Source: the human T2T-CHM13v2.0 reference genome, Homo sapiens. Taken from it: a stretch of DNA of 64,000 bases. The stretch lies in the NCBI RefSeq assembly GCF_009914755.1, contig NC_060930.1; one strand, 5' to 3'. The position numbers and the translations under genes were made by a program. Shown here piece after piece: positions 57,401-64,000 of the stretch. The first letter of the stretch is position 1. Every line of letters starts with the position of its first letter. The notes under the pieces are model-generated. The model did not search any database and was not told the DNA's origin. It saw nothing but the letters and a program-made list of their open reading frames with translations.

Positions 57401-58232
57401 TCACATACATCTATCTGTCTCTCCAGGATTGGTCCCTCATGCCTTATTTAGTTTGTTTGATCGAGGTCATGTTTTCCTGGATGGTCTGAATGCTTGTGGA
57501 TGTTTGTCAGTGTGTTGGCATTGAAGAGTTAAGTATTTATTGTAGTCTTTGCAGTTTCAGCTTGTTTGTACATATCCTCCTCAGAAAAGCTTTCCAAGTA
57601 TTCGAAAGGACTTGAGTGTTGTAATCTGTTTTTGGTCTCTGCAGCTGTGTCTACATTAGGGAGCACCCCATGCCTCATAACACTGTGGCTCTTCCAGACT
57701 TGTAGGGATATGATCTTCATGGTCTCAGATAAAATCTGGAAGAATTCTCTGAATGACCAGGCAGAGATCCTTGCTCTCATCTTTTAATTTCTCCCAGACA
57801 AATGGAGTCTGTCTGTCTGTGCTGACCTGCCTGGGGGAGAGATCATACAAACACCACGGTGGACACCATGACTAGGATTGTCAGACCTGAAGCCAGCATG
57901 GTATTTGGTCTCACCCAAGGCCTGCAGTAACCACTGCCTGCCTACCATCTATGTTCACTCAAGGCCCTAGGGTTCTACAATCAGTAGGAAGCAAAGCCAG
58001 CTAGGCTTCTGTCCTTTCCTTCAGGGTGACAAGTTCTGCCTTGTTCCAGGCAGGTCCGGAGATACCATCGAGGAGTCAGAGCCTCGAGTTGGAAACCTTA
58101 GGAATCTTCCTAGTGCTGTGGCTGAGCTGGTACCAAAGCCGCAAGACAAATTCCTTCTCACTCTTTCCTCCGCAAACAGAGGAGTCTCTCCCCATGGCCA
58201 CCACTACCTCAGGCCTGTGGCTGGCTATTGTT
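51612..58232 (-). mobile_element. Near-full-length L1MA2/3-like element (3'UTR, ORF2, ORF1, part of 5'UTR), 5' end cut at 58232
   Basis: L1MA 3'UTR (gggtacatgaga...cacctcaagc.tttatcc...tgttgtgctatcaaatactagatc); ORF2 fragments incl. endonuclease GVVMLISDK..NIYVPNTGAP..IIAGEFNTP and [15 protein letters not shown]. Confidence 0.92.
54606..54905 (-). mobile_element. AluY inserted in the L1MA ORF2
   Basis: Poly(T), ctgcaagctcc..cgttcactccattc, ends gcgccccgcc. Confidence 0.95.
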
Positions 58233-58602
58233 GAGAGCCAAATTATATACCTAATGCTAAGGTATATAGCATAAGGTGTATAAGAATGCTTGTGATTTTT
58301 GCACATTGATTCTCAGCAAACTATCACAAGGACAAAAAAACCAAACACCGCATGTTCTCACTCATAGGTGGGAATTGAACAATGAGAACACATGGACACA
58401 GGAAGGGGAACATCACACACCGGGGACTGTTGTGGCGTGGGGGGAGGGGGGAGGGATAGCACTGGGAGATACACCTAATGCTAGATGACAAGTTAGTGGG
58501 TGCAGCACACCAACATGGCACATGTATACATATGTAACAAACCTGCACATTGTGCACATGTACCCTAAAACTTAAAGTATAATAATAATAAAATTAAAAA
58601 AA
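58233..58602 (+). mobile_element. Short L1PA3-like 3' end with complex inverted/templated 5' junction
   Basis: Sense 3' end from 58309 (attctcagcaaactatc...ctgggagatacacctaatgctagatgac...poly A), preceded by antisense ORF2 at 58275-58311 and micro-fragments. Confidence 0.92.
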
Positions 58603-58609
58603 TTGAGAT

Positions 58610-59780
58610 TATAGTACTATTAATTCTCACAGTAATATTTTTATACTTTCTTTTTCTGGCTTTAAAGATTATTTTATATTTCTTTCAAAAAAATCATAGT
58701 TTTTAATGTTTTGTATGTTCTTGAAAATGCTTTGTATTATTAACTTTTCGAGTAGATTTTTACATATAGTCTATTAGATCAAGCTTGTAGTGTTAGATAA
58801 TTCCTTTAAATTTAACTTTTGGCACACTTAATCTACCACTTATAAAACATGTAAAAACTTCATACTACATATCTATTTCTTACCACAATTATGTTAATTT
58901 TTGACTTATGTGTTATATAATTTGATGCTATGCTAATGAATCATACATGATTGATTTGTTATAATTTTCTGCTAAATTAAAATTTTAAGAAATCTTTTTG
59001 GTGATCACTTTATCTCTAGTTATAACTTTTGTTCACAGTCATATTAGGAATTATAGTTAAGTTCTACAACTTATTTTTTGTTTGTATTTGCCTGCTAAAT
59101 TTTAATTTTGGATTGTTTTAATATGAATCCTTGGAATTTTTTTGCTGAAAATCTTTGCTTTGGGCTGAAAATATTGTCTGTGTTTTCCTGTCTTATGCTT
59201 TCTTTTGGACTTATGTTCTTCCTTTTCTGGACAAGTTTGAAATCAATTCAGTAGACATTCACATTCTATTTCTCTTCTCAGCACTTAGAAATAATACTCT
59301 GAGTTTTAACATTTTTTATATGCTAGATAAACACACATAACTTACCACATTCTAAAGTTAATAAATGTATTTTTTCTCCAGAAAAATATAATCACTGTAT
59401 AATATTTAATTCTAAATATTCTATTCAAAATTTCATAGTAATATTTTCCAGTATTTGTATCTATCTCTTTTTTTGTTGTTTAAATCTCATAGGCCTATAA
59501 GACATTATTATCATTGTTTTACTCAGTCAATACTTACTTGATTTGGCAACAAATGTACATCTTTGTGCTCATCTTAATACTTGTATCACAATGCTTCCAT
59601 CTGGGACTATTTTCTTTCTGACCATAGAATTCATTTAAAATTTCTTTTATTGGAAATCAGCTAGTCACATACTTTCTCAGTTTTTTTTAATGTAATTAAG
59701 TGTATTTAATTTAAAAATCTTGGTGTTTTGTTAATTTCTCGTGGGTAATTATTTTCCTGATGTCACATTGAGTATTTTTT
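58610..59780 (-). mobile_element. Very old L1ME/HAL1-like antisense fragments
   Basis: T-rich tracts such as tctattagatcaagcttgtagtg and cttccatctgggactattttctttctg. Confidence 0.45.
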
Positions 59781-59789
59781 TCTGATCTC

Positions 59790-60138
59790 TAAAATGGTCA
59801 CCGAGTAAATGATGCCTTCTAGTATTTATACCCTTTTGTAGACAATTTTTTTTGAACTGGTACTAGCAGTATGACTAGCTTTTTACTAATAGAATGCAGA
59901 GCAATTGATACTGGGTGACAATTAAGGCCATATCTTAAGAATCCTTGCAAATTATCATGTGGTGTTAGAATGTTTACTCCAGGGGAATATCAGCCCTATG
60001 TAAAATATCTCCATCACTTGAGGTTACTATTCTGTGAATAAACCCAAGATAGCCTTATGGAGAGAGAAAGGGATAACACATTGTTTCAAGCCACAGATTT
60101 TTGAGCTGGTTTATTATGAGCAACAAATAACCGGTATA
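59790..60138 (+). mobile_element. MLT1-type MaLR LTR fragment
   Basis: tgactagcttttactaatagaatgcag and terminal ttgtttcaagccac...ggtttattatgagcaacaaataacc. Confidence 0.6.
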
Positions 60139-60237
60139 AAATCAGTCCATTCCCTTTTTGTGTTTATTTGTTTATGAACATTTTTTTTCCTTAACTAATC
60201 TAATTGACATTCCATTAGAGTAAAACAGGATTGAAGT

Positions 60238-60860
60238 GCGTTAGAGTTAACCAACTGCAAAGTTTGAAGGAACAGACTATACAAAACCATCCTCAATTGC
60301 AGGTTTAGAGAGCTCTCAAAACTTTCCTCAGTTTTGATAATTTGCTAGCACTCACAGAATTTACTGAGAACCATTATACTCATGGTTACAATTTATAACA
60401 GGGAGATCGGGGTACAGATAAAAATCATCCAAAAGATGAAATGCATAGGGCAGAGTTCAGGAGGGTTCCAAACTTCTAAATGTCCTTTCCCGTTGAGTGA
60501 TAGACAGTGGTAATGCTATTTGGAAATGATGTGTGACAATACACATGGAATATTTTGAACCAGTGAAGCTCTTGGTGTCCAGTTTTTACTGGGGTTCTAT
60601 CACATAAGCCTGGTTGACTCCCCAAGTGGCTGACCTCAGTCTCTAACCTCTCAGGAGGTTAAGGTGACCCAATGTCCAGATGCTAATTACATTGTTGGTG
60701 TGGCTCAATTCTCTCACCCAAATCACAGTATTACTATCTAGCTGCCCCAAGGCCCTTGAACAAACAAAGATAGTGCTATTAGGCATGACACTCTAATGGC
60801 TCAGAGATTACCTCCTAGCAGTAAAGGACAAAAGCCAGATGCATTTGGGATTCACTAACT
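60238..60860 (-). mobile_element. ERVL-class solo LTR (MER77/MER21-group)
   Basis: Reverse-complement similarity to 5603-6267 (ttttgataatttgctagc, cttggtgtccag, agagattacctcctag). Confidence 0.7.
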
Positions 60861-61202
60861 GTATTCTACTAAGTCTTCTTTAAATGGTATTCTAGCTTTA
60901 TCATTATAGCATTTTTTCACCATGTTTCATAAAATGCTGCCACAAACAAAAACAAATTGCACTATCTTTGCATAAATCTAACTCCAGCTATCAGTTTTCT
61001 TCTTTTCTTTTCTCTTTTTGCCGAATAGGCCTTAATCATTTCCAAATATTCTGAAGGCCATGAGACAGCATATCATGGAGTGAATCTCAGGCAATAGTAA
61101 CAGAATTGTTGTGCTTAATGCTCATAGTTTCAAAAGAGTAGAGCACTTAGAGGGGGTAAAATATTTAATTATCATAATCTACTCTAGGAGTACTCTTACA
61201 GT

Positions 61203-61376
61203 TAGGCTTCCCAAGTTTACCTATTAAAAATACAAGAAAATATTTAAATTTGAAATTCAGTTAACCAATATTTTTAGGCTAAGACTGTGTGAAGTATTAC
61301 ATACATATACACTATAAAAATTACTAATTGTGTATCTAAAAATCAAATAGAAATGAGTATTTTTCTGGAAATCCTA
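61203..61376. mobile_element. MER53 palindromic hAT MITE
   Basis: aaaaatacaag..ttaaatttgaaattcag ... gtgtatctaaaaatcaaat..gtatttttctggaaatccta, inverted symmetry. Confidence 0.75.
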
Positions 61377-63544
61377 CTTCAGCTATTCTTTCAATCTAGT
61401 GATAGTATGAACTAAGAAAAAATGTGATCATTGATTTGGACTTGTAAAACATTCTTGAAGGTACACAAAAATGTTAAACTAAATATATACCTATATAGAG
61501 TATTATCATTTATTACAACAATTTTGAAAAGAATAAGCTAACTATAGAGTTGATTATTCCCCAAAGATTTATATCAACTATTTAATAAGGCTAATTTCAA
61601 CATTGATTTCTGCTTTTCTGTAATTTCTCAATGCCAAAATAAATAAGAAAATGTTAACATATGGTGAGTTAAAACGTTATTGATACTTTTAACATCTCAC
61701 AAATATTATTTTTAGGGTATTTCCCTAAAAGCACCCAAGCAATTAAAGCTTTAGGTGACCTACCTGATGATTTAGTCCATTAATGTTGGACAATATTCAT
61801 GGCTGTGTCATGAGCTAAACTCTAGTTACTCTTAACATTTGATTTAAAATAATGCATAATTAACCTTAGCTTCTTTAATAACATTATGCTGTGTTTTTAC
61901 AACCAAATAATGAAACCTTACCGTATAACTTGTATTTTACTGGGATTGACATACATACCAAAAATAATTGTTACATGCCTTCTGATAGTTCCAATTAGTT
62001 AGCATCATAAAGAAATAGCTGTAAACAAGAACAATATTCCAGCCTGAATCATGAATTATAAATTTACAAATTGATTTTCTTACGCTTCTCCATTGACTTG
62101 AACCTTAAAAACATGGCATTGACTGAGTAGGTTCTCTGTTGTGTATGATGATGAGAAAGAAGCTTGAAAGGACTGACATGACAAAAAATGTTGCAATGCA
62201 TTTATCTTAACAAGAACTATTGATGGGGGAATCTACTTACTCTCCATTTTTCTAGCCGATCCAATTATTGGAACCCTTTCATTATACTAAGCCATAATAT
62301 ATGGTATGTTCTAAGAGATTTTGTGAAGGCAAGAAAAAAACCGTAAGAAGTAAGAATAAGCCAAAAATTTATCTATTTTTGTCTTTGCAAAAATTATAGA
62401 CACAAGTAGTGCTTAAAAATTGTCTTTCTAATGCTTCCTGTAAGAAATGTGGCTTTCCATTATTTTGTCCCTTTATAGTCATGTCATTTACTCACCCCTT
62501 CATTTTTTTACTATTTCAAGTATGGATTGAATTCTTAGTACAAAACCACATAGAATGCTATGTTCTGACTATTCAATGATGAATAAGTAACAATAGCTTC
62601 TTTCAATACATTTATAAACTAGTGGAGAAAAATAGACGAGAAAATCAATTATTGCAGCAAAAAGTAAAAACTGCTAACATCAGAGAAATGTACAGTGAGA
62701 AGAGAGGAGAAGTTTTTTTTCAGACTGTGTGTTAGTGAAAGGAAAGTATATCATAAAACATTTCCACAAGGACATCATATAAGCTAAGTAATTATTCTAC
62801 ATTATTTTTGAAAATTATTTTCCTAAATATCTATCGTGGAAGAGAATATTGGTGTGTAGAGTTCAGTCATGGGGTGGGATAAAGTTGAGGGAAAGAAAAA
62901 AAATTGTATGTGTGTTAGGAATTTCACCCCAGGTCTCAAAAAATATAATATGGGGAAAAACTCAAACTTTAAAAGTAGGCTAAAATACAGGTCATGAAGT
63001 AAAATGAGCAAAGCAGTGTTTTGCCTGTGAGTTGTCAGCTCCCCAGTCCTGAGATAAAAATATTTAAAATCCATACATATTAAATTACTGTTTTAACTTA
63101 CATCTAGCAATTTTTATTTATTGATTTAGACATTTGAATCAAAGCAAAAATTTTAAACTTTTGTTCACAAAACCATCTCACACTCCCAGGTGTTGACTTT
63201 TATTCTCGAAAACTCTTCTCCTTCAAATTAATTCCAAGATATAATCTCAACTGAGAGACACAAAATATATAGGCAATGTCATTTTAAAGATCTGTTGAGT
63301 GTTTTTGTTCTGATATTTTGTGGTAGGGCTTACTTAATGACATTTGTTTTATGCCATTAATAAATTATAAGTCTAGGCTTTGCAATCCAATATTACACAT
63401 AGAGGAACAAGTGGATTTCAGACATGTTTATTCCTTTCTTAATCTCTTTCCTCATTCTTTTTTGTTGGTTGAAGAGTGACAAAGATTGTAAACAATCAAT
63501 TGGCATCTTTCAAGCTTTAGAATATAGAAAAGTGTGGTTGTGTA

Positions 63545-63760
63545 CTAGATACCCTGCTAAGCATTTTTAAAGCTATATATTTATCACTAAGGAGGTGGTA
63601 ACATTATTTTTTCCTGTATTACATATGATGAAACTGAAATTTTGAATTGTTGAGTAACTTAACCAAGGTCATATAGTTAATAAATTGCAGAATTTAAATT
63701 ACTTTTTGGTTCTATCTGACTCTAGGGCCCATACTCTAAAATATCATGCATTAGTGCATG
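63545..63760 (-). mobile_element. MIR
   Basis: catatgatgaaactgaa...gagtaacttaaccaaggtcatatagttaataaattgcaga...tctgactctag. Confidence 0.75.
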
Positions 63761-63954
63761 CTGCACCTGCAACTTACCAAGACCTTATGCCCAGGGGAGG
63801 GAGGGAATATCTCTTTGTATAGATGTACATTCTGAGAAAAAATTATAAAATTAGTGAATCTTCTTATTTTTCTTATTTTCTTGTTTCTGTGTCTTTGTGT
63901 GTATGCTTATTGGTCTTTCTATTTCATTGTTTTTGCATCTTTTCCTGAGTATCT

Positions 63955-64000
63955 TTTTCTTTTCCCTCCCTCCTTCGCTCCCTCCCTTCCTTCCTTCCTT
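63955..64000. repeat. (CCTT)n-type pyrimidine tract
   Basis: Directly visible; runs off the window end. Confidence 0.85.

Overview
AT-rich primate (human-like) genomic DNA with no recognisable host protein-coding exon, structural RNA gene or CpG island. It is consistent with an intergenic or deep-intronic, LINE-rich isochore. The window is a palimpsest of transposable elements: young L1PA3/4 fragments, older L1PA13-17/L1MA/L1MB/L1M elements, Alus, an ERV9 LTR12, MaLR/ERVL LTRs, Tigger2 and hAT MITEs, and ancient L2, CR1/L3 and RTE-X/L4 LINE relics. All long ORFs in the track that can be assigned come from these repeats. I found no new gene system. The most interesting signals are mechanistic scars. 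(1) An LTR12 followed by exactly an 18-nt tRNA-Arg PBS and a re-created GGACACA terminus, possibly a 'born-solo' reverse-transcription/integration product. (2) A mosaic of tiny templated fragments at the 5' junction of a short L1PA3. (3) Young L1s that lack TSDs and truncate older L1s, one making an in-frame ORF1-ORF2 chimera. Subfamily names come from remembered consensus features, not from a database search.
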